DNA of 64,000 nucleotides from NCBI GenBank assembly GCA_023228885.1, contig JALOAJ010000010.1:1350-65349 (forward strand), given 5' to 3'. The DNA is from Bacillota bacterium. GTDB taxonomy: Bacteria > Bacillota > Clostridia > Monoglobales > Firm-18. The notes beneath the pieces were generated by a model, which had not been told where the DNA came from, did not search any database, and saw nothing but the letters and a program-made list of their open reading frames with translations. This document shows positions 1 through 9,544 of this stretch, piece by piece (the first letter of the stretch is position 1; the number at the start of each line of letters is the position of its first letter). The translations under genes were made by a program, and so were the position numbers.

Positions 1-240
1 GCAACACTCCTTCAAATTTGTATATTAATGATTCCGACCAAGAAATCAGTGATATTGAAATTGAAATAGCTAAGAACTCAGCTATTCAAGCAGTTAAATG
101 TTAATACAAATTATCCTTTTCAGATTGTAAGCTCCAAATAGGACAGCACCTTCCTTAACTTCCAATGAAGTGGTACAATTATTCCAAAATCTCTTGAAAA
201 TCCGCATGTGGGTTTTCAAGATTAATGGGAGTGATAGTTT

Positions 241-823
241 TGGTAGACACAAGAGAAATTGCGGCAGAGTATCGTTTGTCACATTGGGCACAGATTATGC
301 AAGAACGAATTGAGAGCGGACTGTCAATTAGAGCTTTTGCAAGCGGATGTGCTGCATGCCGACGGATATGGCGGATACCACTCCCTGCCGGGTAACATAA
401 CGGTAGTAGGTTGCTGGGCGCATGTGCGGTAGAAATTTGATGAGACATTAAAGACCTTGCCGGAAAAAGACCGGGAAGGCGATATATTATGCCGTTGGGC
501 AGCGCAAATATTTAGAACATTATCTTTTAGACGGGCGGCTTGAAATCAGCAATAACCGAGCCGAACGAGGCATAAAGCCTTTTGTAATAGACCGCAAAAA
601 CTTTTTGTTTACAAACACTCCGCGCGAAGCAAAGGCAAGTGCAATTATGCTCAGCTTAATTGAAACGGCCAAAGAAAATGGCTTAAATCCTTACGCTTAT
701 TTAACTTATATTTTTGAAAACGCACCAAGCAAGGACATTTATAACGACCCAAATGCTATTGAACAATTTATGCCCGAAGCTGTCGCTAAGGCACTTAGGT
801 GTGAGGATATTTGGCGCTTATAA
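241..823 (+). pseudogene. IS66-family transposase remnant (internal deletions, frameshift, in-frame stop)
   Basis: Hallmark IS66 blocks occur in different frames. Frame 1 reads LHADGYGGYHSLPGNITVVGCWAHVR*KFDE, with an in-frame TAG at 430-432. Frame 2 reads YLLDGRLEISNNRAERGIKPFVIDRKNFLFTNTPREAKASAIMLSLIETAKENGLNPYAYL (ORF 605..823). An N-terminal HTH-like piece (AAEYRLSHWAQIMQERIESGLSIRAF) is fused directly to the catalytic part near 345. Confidence 0.8.
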
Positions 824-947
824 TTATTTTGTGTTTTTATGTTATTATTCATAATTAAATTACACCAAAAAAGCGGAAATTCCTCAACTTTCAGATCAAG
901 ATTCTCTGCCTTTTTTGTTGGCTATTGTGATACAGCCCCTTTATATG

Positions 948-1700
948 TTACAGCTTATTATATTTTGTTGGGGGATAACCTGTTGCTTTTTTAAATTCAT
1001 AGCTAAAATAAGTTGGTGCTGAAAAACCTGATAATTCGGATATTTGAGCTATGCTATAATACCCACTGTGTAAAAGTTGTTTAGCATAATTTATTCTTAG
1101 TTTTTTTAAATATTCAATAGGTGAACAATGATAAACTTTCTTAAATGTTCGGCGGTAATAAGCCGAGCTAATATATATCTGTTCATAAATCGATGAAATA
1201 TTAAAGTCACTTTTTCTGTAATTAGCGTGAATATATTCTATGGACTCTTTAAGGAATTTATTTTTTTTACAGGACTTACTTAGGGAAGTCTTTGTTTCAA
1301 TTAAACTTAAAATGTTATAGAAAATAGACATACATTGCAAATCATTTTCCTTTTGTTTTAATTCCCATTGATTATATAAGAAAGTAAATAGTTCTTTAAT
1401 GTCATATAAGGGTGGCCTAAAGATTGTAATAGAATTTCCTATGCAGTCTTTTGTGGTAAAGTGAATAATTATTTGCTCCGAATCGGAAACAATGCGATGT
1501 GTATAGGCTATCCCTTTGGGAACAAAGGTTATTGTATCAGCATTGGAAAATGTTTTTACTCCTTTGTTGTAAATAATGTTCTCCCCCCTTAATCTATATG
1601 ATAGGCTATGATGATTTCTGGGAGCGACATTAAAAACTTTCGGGCAGGTTTTTGACTTAATTATATATAAAGAATTTACTATAATATTATCTAATTTCAA
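948..1700 (-). CDS. AraC-family transcriptional regulator (N-terminal cupin-like sensor, C-terminal HTH)
   Basis: 250-aa ORF. The C-terminus (YRRTFKKVYHCSPIEYLKKLRINYAKQLL...IAQISELSGFSAPTYFSYEFKKATGYPPTKY) is a typical AraC double HTH. It is divergent from the Fe-S gene pair. Confidence 0.85.
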   Translation of the reverse strand: MKLDNIIVNSLYIIKSKTCPKVFNVAPRNHHSLSYRLRGENIIYNKGVKTFSNADTITFVPKGIAYTHRIVSDSEQIIIHFTTKDCIGNSITIFRPPLYDIKELFTFLYNQWELKQKENDLQCMSIFYNILSLIETKTSLSKSCKKNKFLKESIEYIHANYRKSDFNISSIYEQIYISSAYYRRTFKKVYHCSPIEYLKKLRINYAKQLLHSGYYSIAQISELSGFSAPTYFSYEFKKATGYPPTKYNKL

Positions 1701-1793
1701 AAAAACACCTCTTTGTTTTAATAAATGTATTTTATCATATTGTTTTTATAAAGTAAAGTATCGAAAAGTTAATAATTTAGATTGGTTTACTAA

Positions 1794-1822
1794 TTGATTA
1801 TAAAAATATTTTTAGGTAAAAT
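1794..1822 (+). promoter_or_regulatory. candidate sigma-A promoter for the Fe-S gene pair
   Basis: TTGATT (1794-1799), a 17-nt spacer, then TAAAAT (1817-1822), about 40 nt upstream of the AAAGGAGAG RBS and ATG at 1865. The region is very AT-rich, so a chance match is possible. Confidence 0.3.
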
Positions 1823-1864
1823 ATATACAAAAGAATTAATATATAAATTAAAGGAGAGATTGTT

Positions 1865-2749
1865 ATGGAAAATATAAAACAAAAGTTAATTGCTTTCTCC
1901 AAAAAAATCGGTATCGATATATTAGGATTTGCTGACAAATCCAGGTTTAGGGAAGTGGAGGCAAAGTATAACCCGTTTTCGATTTTTCCAGAGGGTAATA
2001 CGGTTATACTTTTAGGGAAACGGATTTGCCGCGGTACATTAAGAGGAATAGAAGAGGGGACAAATTTCAGCGATTATCAGTTCTTCACAAGACATGGATT
2101 AGAGGATCACTTTTTAACTACAGATTGCTATGATTTAACAAGGATTTTGGAGGACGACGGCTGGGAGGCTGTTCCTATCTTTCCTAATCCAACCGAAGTG
2201 TTTGCACAAGGGGTGTCTGTCAGTGAAGACCGACCTGCTCCTAATGTCCATCCTGATTTTAACTATGCGGCTGTTGCAACCGGGGTTGGAGAAATTTCAT
2301 GGAGCGGTATGGTATTTACCCCTGAGTTTGGCTCAAGGCAAAGATTCCATATGATTATAACAGATGCCCTAATCGAACCCTCCCCAATATTAGAAGACAA
2401 AATTTGTGATGAATGCGGCAAATGTGCCGATGCTTGTCCTTTAGGCGCAATATCTAAGACTGAATATGAAACGGTTGAAATTTGCGGTAAAAAAATGAAA
2501 GTTGCAAGGATTGACTATTCCCTTTGTGCCAAGTGTAAAAATGGTGCTGTGCCAAATAGATTCATCACCTCAGGCAAACCGGACAGAATAGCGGCATTAT
2601 GCAACCGCACTTGTTTGCAGCATCTTGAAAAGGAATCATTAGTGAAAAACATTTTTGAAAATCAATTCAGACAATCAAAAGAATGGGCATTGGATATCAA
2701 TGGGAACTATAAAAAGAATGCGGGTGAAGATGATGTTATTAACCTCTAA
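1865..2749 (+). CDS. cytoplasmic 4Fe-4S protein, QueG/reductive-dehalogenase-superfamily-like reductase (paralog 1)
   Basis: Strong RBS. It has a canonical CxxCxxCxxxCP motif (CDECGKCADACP) and a second Cys cluster (CAKCKNG...CNRTC). The N-terminal KKIGIDILGFA and core GVGEISWSGMVFTPEFGSRQRFHMIITDALIEP resemble the QueG/RdhA fold. No signal or TAT motif is present. Confidence 0.65.
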   Translation: MENIKQKLIAFSKKIGIDILGFADKSRFREVEAKYNPFSIFPEGNTVILLGKRICRGTLRGIEEGTNFSDYQFFTRHGLEDHFLTTDCYDLTRILEDDGWEAVPIFPNPTEVFAQGVSVSEDRPAPNVHPDFNYAAVATGVGEISWSGMVFTPEFGSRQRFHMIITDALIEPSPILEDKICDECGKCADACPLGAISKTEYETVEICGKKMKVARIDYSLCAKCKNGAVPNRFITSGKPDRIAALCNRTCLQHLEKESLVKNIFENQFRQSKEWALDINGNYKKNAGEDDVINL

Positions 2750-2750
2750 A

Positions 2751-3851
2751 ATGATTAAAGATAAAGCAAAAGAGTTGGGAATTGATGATATCGGTATCGG
2801 GAACATTGAAAGGTTTGATAACGCTCCCCCCCTCATGTCTGTAAAAAACTATTTTCCCGGCGCAAAATCCGTCATTGCAATTGTTATGCGTATACCAAGG
2901 GGATCGTATAGGGGAATAGAAGAGGGGACACATTGGCATAATTACACTTTTTATTCTTATAACAGGTTAAATACAACAATACGCCCAAGACTTACATATG
3001 AACTTTCCAGATTTATTGAAGATTTCGGCTGGGAGGCGGTGCCTCATTATCCGGGTGTGCCGGAACGAAATCCGGCTATGGAGCCTGTTGCCCCCGGGAA
3101 GCTGCCGCCGAACATTGTTACAAGTATAAGATTGGTTGCTGCAGGGACGGGTGTTGGTGAAATTGGGCATTCAAAGGTTTTTCTAAATAAAAAATTTGGA
3201 CCCAGACTTAGACTTGGTTTAATATTTACTGATGCAAAGCTTAAACCGGATCCAATATTGGAAACAGGCACTATATGTTCACATTGCGGTGCCTGTGTTA
3301 GAAAATGCCCCGGAAATGCTGTTCCTCCTGTTAATGATAAATTAAGCAAGGTCGAGATCGATTATGGTGAAAAGAAAGTATATTACGGCAATGTGCAAAT
3401 GGGACGTTGCACCTTGACACATCATGGGTTTAATAATGAAATTTCACCTTTTCTAAAAAAATCATTTCCGAATATGGAGTTTGAGGTCAAGAATTCAAAC
3501 ATGAGCGAAGAGGAAGCCTATCGTTTATGTTACCCAATGGCACAAGCACAATGGGGGGCTACTTTTAACGATAATAATAATAAATCAGTAATTGAATATT
3601 ATGATTATGTTATGAAACATGTCGGCTATTTCGCAGTTTGCGGTGCAAAAGGCTGTATTCGTGCCTGTATGGACAGTCTTGAAAACAGTAAACGGATTAC
3701 CAATACCTTTAAAAATCCTTTTTATCGCAAAAAATCATGGGTTTTATCAAATAAACCCGAGGAAATTGCAGAGGGCATTAATCCCTTTAGAAATGAATGG
3801 CTTGATAAAAACTATCCTGGAATAAGGGAGAATGAAGAAAAAAATATATAA
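2751..3851 (+). CDS. cytoplasmic 4Fe-4S protein, QueG/RdhA-superfamily-like reductase (paralog 2, longer C-terminus)
   Basis: Collinear with the upstream gene: MIKDKAKELGIDDIGIGN vs KKIGIDILGFAD, GTGVGEIGHSKVFLNKKFGPRLRLGLIFTDAKLKPDP vs the paralog core. It carries CSHCGACVRKCP and a later CGAKGCIRAC. The start could be 2730 or 2751; the track ORF start at 2655 overlaps the upstream gene. Confidence 0.65.
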   Translation: MIKDKAKELGIDDIGIGNIERFDNAPPLMSVKNYFPGAKSVIAIVMRIPRGSYRGIEEGTHWHNYTFYSYNRLNTTIRPRLTYELSRFIEDFGWEAVPHYPGVPERNPAMEPVAPGKLPPNIVTSIRLVAAGTGVGEIGHSKVFLNKKFGPRLRLGLIFTDAKLKPDPILETGTICSHCGACVRKCPGNAVPPVNDKLSKVEIDYGEKKVYYGNVQMGRCTLTHHGFNNEISPFLKKSFPNMEFEVKNSNMSEEEAYRLCYPMAQAQWGATFNDNNNKSVIEYYDYVMKHVGYFAVCGAKGCIRACMDSLENSKRITNTFKNPFYRKKSWVLSNKPEEIAEGINPFRNEWLDKNYPGIRENEEKNI

Positions 3852-3874
3852 ACAACAAATAAATATTAAAACTA

Positions 3875-3908
3875 AGGAGCTGTATCATAATTTTGCGATA
3901 CAGCTCCT
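3875..3908 (+). terminator. perfect 12-bp stem-loop downstream of the Fe-S pair
   Basis: AGGAGCTGTATC, a 10-nt loop, then GATACAGCTCCT, beginning 24 nt after the stop at 3851. No U-tract follows on the plus strand; there is a T-rich flank on the minus strand. Confidence 0.45.
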
Positions 3909-3963
3909 AAAACTATTGTAATTATTATCTTATACGCACTTTAAGGGTAATTCATTTAACAAA

Positions 3964-4383
3964 TTGAAATTTAAGGGACTATCGGATAATCGTTCTGTTG
4001 ACAAAGTAGAAAAAGGGATTGCAACGGGCGAGTCTGTTGTAAGCGATAGTTCATTAATCAAGAGCGTAAAAAATATAATCTTAGAGCATGTTAAAAAAAT
4101 CCAAAATGAGACCGGCATGAATATAAAAAGACTGGCACTTGATGCAGGATATGATGTTGGCGCAGTACATCGTGGATTGGAGATTTTAGGAATTACCGGT
4201 TATGTAAGTTGTATTGATTTCAGCTATGATATTTTAAGAAGAAGCCCCAAGTATATGCCGGAGGCGGATTATTTTAGTTGGAAAAACTATTTTCTTTTAG
4301 TCCGATTATATGTAATTTATCCACTAACATTTTCATACCCTCACATACCTCCGGGTAAATATTATATTACCCGAAAGGTTTAG
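3964..4383 (+). pseudogene. IS1182/IS5-like DDE transposase fragment
   Basis: KRLALDAGYDVGAVHRGLEILGITGYVS matches the central DDE block of IS1182-type transposases. The N- and C-terminal parts are missing or degenerate. Confidence 0.55.
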
Positions 4384-4505
4384 TATGTAGTGGACCGCTT
4401 TTCAGTTGCAAAACATGCTATTTTTGGATCTTAGTTTAACATAAACACTATTAATTGCGTATTGATTCTTCCACTCCTGATGAAGGCTTACTGTGACTGC
4501 ATTTT

Positions 4506-4736
4506 TTAGCAAGGCTGAAGTATTATCTTTAAGAACCGATTTGCCGTGAAACCAAAGGCTGGGGCAATGCCCCAGCCTCGTCCATAATCATAGCTATTTA
4601 TAAATTTATGCCCGATTTGTTCAGTCTTTTTCAATAGAAGCGTTTTCCTACCGTTTTTTTCAGCAAATACGCAGCTTGATCCCAATCCAAATCCGACCAC
4701 TCCGATAATGATAATTTCGGAGAAGGTATTTGCCAT
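4506..4736 (-). pseudogene. possible N-terminal fragment of an FAD-dependent oxidoreductase, or a small ORF
   Basis: It has a GAGG RBS. The N-terminus IIIIGVVGFGLGSSCVFAEKNGRKTLLLKK looks like a dinucleotide-binding beta-alpha-beta start. The ORF then runs through a terminator hairpin and ends after 76 aa. Confidence 0.25.
4548..4578 (-). terminator. rho-independent terminator candidate for locus A
   Basis: 10-bp GC-rich stem AGGCTGGGGC / GCCCCAGCCT with a 3-nt loop (4556-4578), followed on the minus strand by TTGGTTTC. It lies downstream of the gene ending at 4774. Confidence 0.5.
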
Positions 4737-4773
4737 TTTTCCTCATCATTACTTTTGCTTTTTCAGGATTTCT

Positions 4774-7700
4774 TTAATCAACCCCTAAGGAATGAATTAA
4801 CCGAAAAGTCATAACCATCGCCTGTTCACGAGTTGCGTTTTGCTTCGGACCGAAGGACCCGTCCTCATATCCGACTATCAGCCCCAAAGAATAAGCCTTG
4901 TCTATATAATCTGTCGCCCATCCGCTTATTTCGTCATGATCCGTAAAGCTGTGCGGTTCCTCGCTTACAGCACCATCAGAAGACATACAATAAGCGATAA
5001 TCAGCACTTTAGCCATTTCCTCACGGGTTATAGGATCGTTTGGGCGAATGTATCCGCCGCTGCCTTCTATCAGACCAATGTCAAACGCCGTATGCACAAT
5101 ATCAGTATACCATTCATCATCAGAAACATCAAATAGACTTCCGCTCCATGAACTTTTAAGCTCTGTTCCCAGCATTCTCAGGATCATTGCCGTAAATTCC
5201 GCCCGTGAGATCTGAGTGTTCAAGTTAAGCGAGCCGTCCGAGCCGGTTACAATGCCATGGTCAATCAGATACACCAATTCCTGCTCCGACCATAATCCTG
5301 CTGCCTGCTCCTTCATTTTGTCCTTGTCAGAAGCGTCTGGATTATTCGGTTGCTCCGTGCCACCGGAAGTGCCAGTGCTATCTGGATTCGCGGGGTTGAT
5401 GGGTGATGAAATGCCGCGACCGCCGCCATGTGGATTAGTCGGAGAAGTGGGGCTGATAGGCGGGGGAGTGATATCCGGCCGGCCTCCTGTGGGGGGAGTG
5501 GAATTGAAGTACACATATCCGTCTTTATAACTGTACGACTGCGGCGTTCCGTTCATCGTAACCACGACGGGCCTCACCGATGAGTAAATTATAATATCTG
5601 TCAAATCCACAACACTTTCATATCTGTCGTCAATTTCTTCATAGCGGATAGACCGGTTATCATTTTCAATATTCGGCGAGCTTACAAGAGACAATCTTGC
5701 GCCGTTCCACTCAATCGACAGCTCCGGTATTGTTTTACCGCCCCGATCCTGCACCGCAAACATTTCTTCAGTTTCATCCTTTATATAGGAGCCGTTTCTT
5801 AAAATAATCCGGCGGGGACGGCCGTTATTCAAGTCCTTTTCATAATATACCAATTCCCCGTCAGTTGTAGTGCTTCCAAAAGCAATGTCTCTTTTTTTGC
5901 TCAAATCATGCAGTATATAATAAGAAAATTCATACTGCTCATTTGACACGCCCGAGGTGTCCTTTACATTTGCTTTAAAGGCAGAGGCCTCCCCTTTACC
6001 CACCCCTATATCAAGAGGCGCCGGATCTACAGAATACGAGATACCCGGTCTTGTGGGGAACAGGATTGTATCCATGCTTGTCGTGCCTTTAACCTGCTTT
6101 TCAAAAACTCCGTAGGGCGAGTTAAACAAGCCTGTGCCGGCATGAACCCTTCCCCAAAGAAGCATGGGCTCAACGCTGTCTATGTCGGCAGGCACAACCA
6201 TCAGATTCGCACCTCCAACCCTGTTTGAGCGTATGGTTCCGTTTCCCGCTTCCGTAACAAATACAGTGTTGGCCACCCGGCTGTCCATCTTCACGGTGTT
6301 GTTTTCAAACGGTCCTATGCAGCCGTCAATGGAAATCCCAGCCTCGGGCATCATATGCCACAGCTGAGAATATTTATTTACCTTGCCTATATTCTCTCCC
6401 ACGGGATCCATATGATCCGAAATAATCCAGAAGTTGGGGCGGACAAACAATATATTGCGTTTATAATCCATTCCGTCATCGTGAGGAATGGAGCCGTCCC
6501 CCTTGCCTGGCAGAATTACCGGATCAATCCGATAGGTTAAATCCTTATAAGTATGCGAATAAATTCTGCTGAAATCATAAGCGTCGTTCAAAACGGTTGC
6601 CTCCATTATGTTTCCCAAACGAAGTCCTCGTCTTCCATTTTGGTCTAAGGCGCTGCCGTCTGTGATAGGCAAGGCTTTGTCATGAGACGAGCCGTGTGAC
6701 TTCGAGGAAAAGTCGTTCATTTGCATCACATTATGCGCTCGGCTTGAATACAGCCATCGTATTTCAAGATTCATTCCTGCAGAATCGTAAGCATAAAAGC
6801 CTGAGTCCGAAAGTAAGCTGTCTCCGTATCCTGCGACAATAATATTGTTATCATCCCAATGCCCGTGGGAGCCGTCGTTGGCATCCGCGCTTGTGTACAG
6901 GAAAAGTGCGTTGGTGTCCCAACCGGTTCTCATCACAACCTTTCGGGAATCCCAATACCTGTATGAGGTGAAATCAGGCGGGGTGCCTCTCGCCTTACTG
7001 TTTTTCTCATCTCCTCTGGTCGCCACCCATACTATATCCTGAACCTTCGGTCCCCATACAGGGTGGTGCTCCAGCCAATATCCCGCCTTGGCTATATCCG
7101 ACCTGAAATTGCTGCTTTTGCTATACGCACCGCCATCCCCTATCTGTGTGTTTCTCCAGCCGGGGGCGGTCGTAATCATAAGGGCGCGGCAAAGATCAAC
7201 CATGCGCTGGATTAACACATCAGAAAATTGGAGGTCAAACTGCAGGGATTCAGCCGTATTCCTTGGACCAAACATTGTGGTTATCGCATATTGGTTATAA
7301 CCGGCGGCAAGCTCCCAGCACGCACCATCATCAAACACCATATTGCCGGTGTTTTCATCAATCCGCTCCATCAGTATGTTAATCCAACTGTCCCGCAGCA
7401 TTTCACCGTTTTTGTCATAAACCGGGTTGTCTATGGCAAAAAACTCGGGATAGTTCCCCATGATTTGAAACCATCCATTGGTAGACGCTGTACCCCAGTT
7501 GTTTCCCGCCTCCTGATTGGTCCAGTACTGCGAGTGAGTTTCTCCCATGCTCCATGCATACTTCAAAAATACCGTAAATATCTCCGCCGTCATAGGAGAA
7601 GGACTGGTTTTGGATCCCATCAGGCGGGAAATCGTTCCCGGCCAATTGGAGGAACGGCTGTGCAAATCCAAGCCCTTTCTCCAGCCTCCGCCCACCAAGC

Positions 7701-9522
7701 CCGGAATATTTCTTCCGCCTGAGGTTCTCGGATAGGTTACGCCCGGCCCTCCTGTGTAACGGTTGTAGGTTTTCATAATCCAATCCTGCAAATACATAAT
7801 AAATGTCTGTGCGTAAAGCTGATTACCGGATGCCAAAAATTGATTGTTCATTATGCTATACCAACTGCTGCCTCTGGATATGTCCTCCTCAAAGCGTGGC
7901 GGCGGATTTCCTCCCCGGCTCAAAACCGGGTCGGTTCCGTCATTGATGATAGGCTGTCTCCATGCAGTTCCGTATTCACCTTCGTAGGAGAACGCAACAT
8001 TAAATATTGATTGATTGCCGAAATACAGCTCTTCCATAGGAGCATCCGCGCCTGTTCTGGCTTTATCCGTCCAACCTACATTGCCAAGAGTGAGTGCCAC
8101 AATCCTTTTCTTGTAATTGGGATGCGGCGGATTGGCAACGGCAGGCTGTACCCCATCATTTGCCGGATAGAATCTGCCCCGCATAATCAAGGTGGCGGAG
8201 GAAATTTGCTCTCCGGCGTTCATGCCCTGACGAAGGTCGAACATGATATATGTTCTTTTTGTTCCCTCATCCACGGGCAGCTTCATCATGCTGTGCGGGT
8301 CGGTGTTGGCGGCGGTTCTTATAGAGGTTCTGGATTCGCAGGCATAGATAGCAGGATCATCGCCAAAAGTTTGATTGGCGTATGGATTGCCTGCCCGCGT
8401 GTATGTAATATACTTCGCCGGGATATATTTCGTTGTGTTTCCTACTTTTACTTCCAAATAAGGAGATTCTCCCAAAACAGGATAGTAGCCATCCTCCCCT
8501 TTTGCTCCCTTTAAAAATTCCGCTTCATATCCGTCCTTGTTTACCGCTAAAATCTGGACGGGCATAAGCCAGTTGTAGGTGTTTCGCTCGGTCATAAACC
8601 GAACTGCCTGCTCCGTCATTTCAAAAGTTATTTGCTTAAAATCGCTTCCTAAATAATCCATATAGATGATGTCGCCTACATTCGCGTAACTACTGTTGGC
8701 AAGGTGCATATTTTGCAGAAGAAGATTGGCACGCAAGCGGGTTTGACGATCTGCCGAAGCCGCATTTGTTACGCCGCGCGCCTCTAATTTCTTTTGATAA
8801 TATTTATATAATTCATCCTTAGCCTTAGCATAATTCCCCTCTATAGCAGCTTGCTTGACCGAATTCAAATTCACCCCGGGATACGGCGATACATAGTCAT
8901 AATCCAAAAGCGGAACAGTCATCACTCTTATTCGTCCGCCTACTAAAGCTCCGGTGGGTCCTTGAAGATTAAACGACTTGCTTTCGCGCACGAAATCGTT
9001 TATCACCGGATCCCAAACGCCGAATAATTCCTCATCCATAGGATAATTTCTCGGCTCGACAAATTCAAAATTACTAAAGTCAAAGCTTACCTGCAAATCA
9101 GGGTCTTTGCTGAAAGCAAAGGCATCAATAATTCCCTGCATAGCGAAGGAAGTATACCCCTCGCTTTGTTCAGACATGGGTTCGATAGACGCCTCGGCTT
9201 GAATTTTCATGGATTCTTCCAAACTTTCTTTTGGCGTTTCGCCATTTTCCTCCAAAGTTTCGTCAGAGATATGGTCACAGTAAATATCCTCACATTCGTC
9301 TATGTCTTCCGCGGAATCGTCTATTTCAAAGCCCATATCAACCATCAGCTCAAGCAGCGCTTTTGGATTATCCTGCAAATATTCCAGGTATTCATCCGTA
9401 AACCCAAATTCCTCTAACAGCCCTGAAGCGTTGGTATCTTTACTGGAAAATACCATCGAAGCCGGTGTTAAAGCAAACGAGAAAACCATAACCAATATTA
9501 GTGCTAATATTCTTCTTTTCAT
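4774..9522 (-). CDS. secreted heparinase II/III-like (polysaccharide-lyase fold) protein with Pro-rich linker and three C-terminal SLH repeats
   Basis: Signal peptide MKRRILALILVMVFSFALTPASM. Toroid-domain motifs are EAGNNWGT and FDDGACWELAAGYNQY. The Hepar_II_III block is GSHGHWDDNNIIVAGYGDSLLSDSGFYAY and NILFVRPNFWIISDHMD. Linker: TPPPISPTSPTNPHGGG. SLH repeats include FTDHDEISGWATDYIDKAYSLGLIVGYEDGSFGPKQNATREQAMVM. Confidence 0.8.
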   Translation of the reverse strand: MKRRILALILVMVFSFALTPASMVFSSKDTNASGLLEEFGFTDEYLEYLQDNPKALLELMVDMGFEIDDSAEDIDECEDIYCDHISDETLEENGETPKESLEESMKIQAEASIEPMSEQSEGYTSFAMQGIIDAFAFSKDPDLQVSFDFSNFEFVEPRNYPMDEELFGVWDPVINDFVRESKSFNLQGPTGALVGGRIRVMTVPLLDYDYVSPYPGVNLNSVKQAAIEGNYAKAKDELYKYYQKKLEARGVTNAASADRQTRLRANLLLQNMHLANSSYANVGDIIYMDYLGSDFKQITFEMTEQAVRFMTERNTYNWLMPVQILAVNKDGYEAEFLKGAKGEDGYYPVLGESPYLEVKVGNTTKYIPAKYITYTRAGNPYANQTFGDDPAIYACESRTSIRTAANTDPHSMMKLPVDEGTKRTYIMFDLRQGMNAGEQISSATLIMRGRFYPANDGVQPAVANPPHPNYKKRIVALTLGNVGWTDKARTGADAPMEELYFGNQSIFNVAFSYEGEYGTAWRQPIINDGTDPVLSRGGNPPPRFEEDISRGSSWYSIMNNQFLASGNQLYAQTFIMYLQDWIMKTYNRYTGGPGVTYPRTSGGRNIPGLVGGGWRKGLDLHSRSSNWPGTISRLMGSKTSPSPMTAEIFTVFLKYAWSMGETHSQYWTNQEAGNNWGTASTNGWFQIMGNYPEFFAIDNPVYDKNGEMLRDSWINILMERIDENTGNMVFDDGACWELAAGYNQYAITTMFGPRNTAESLQFDLQFSDVLIQRMVDLCRALMITTAPGWRNTQIGDGGAYSKSSNFRSDIAKAGYWLEHHPVWGPKVQDIVWVATRGDEKNSKARGTPPDFTSYRYWDSRKVVMRTGWDTNALFLYTSADANDGSHGHWDDNNIIVAGYGDSLLSDSGFYAYDSAGMNLEIRWLYSSRAHNVMQMNDFSSKSHGSSHDKALPITDGSALDQNGRRGLRLGNIMEATVLNDAYDFSRIYSHTYKDLTYRIDPVILPGKGDGSIPHDDGMDYKRNILFVRPNFWIISDHMDPVGENIGKVNKYSQLWHMMPEAGISIDGCIGPFENNTVKMDSRVANTVFVTEAGNGTIRSNRVGGANLMVVPADIDSVEPMLLWGRVHAGTGLFNSPYGVFEKQVKGTTSMDTILFPTRPGISYSVDPAPLDIGVGKGEASAFKANVKDTSGVSNEQYEFSYYILHDLSKKRDIAFGSTTTDGELVYYEKDLNNGRPRRIILRNGSYIKDETEEMFAVQDRGGKTIPELSIEWNGARLSLVSSPNIENDNRSIRYEEIDDRYESVVDLTDIIIYSSVRPVVVTMNGTPQSYSYKDGYVYFNSTPPTGGRPDITPPPISPTSPTNPHGGGRGISSPINPANPDSTGTSGGTEQPNNPDASDKDKMKEQAAGLWSEQELVYLIDHGIVTGSDGSLNLNTQISRAEFTAMILRMLGTELKSSWSGSLFDVSDDEWYTDIVHTAFDIGLIEGSGGYIRPNDPITREEMAKVLIIAYCMSSDGAVSEEPHSFTDHDEISGWATDYIDKAYSLGLIVGYEDGSFGPKQNATREQAMVMTFRLIHSLGVD

Positions 9523-9544
9523 AAATATCCGTTCTCCTTTACTT

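Noticed and set aside
1-102. 3' end of an ORF entering from the left edge (...EIEIAKNSAIQAVKC*)
   Set aside because: Only about 33 codons are visible and no motif is present, so it cannot be identified.
2655-2750. 5' extension of the second Fe-S ORF, overlapping the end of the first gene
   Set aside because: Alignment with the upstream paralog starts at MIKDKAKELGIDD (2751). The extension overlaps the preceding coding region and has no homologous counterpart.
7228-8514. Plus-strand ORFs of 164 and 167 aa (and several smaller) inside the 1582-aa minus-strand gene
   Set aside because: They are antisense shadow ORFs in a relatively GC-rich gene with low-complexity, Arg/Ser/Pro-rich translations. 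They have no RBS or recognisable motifs.
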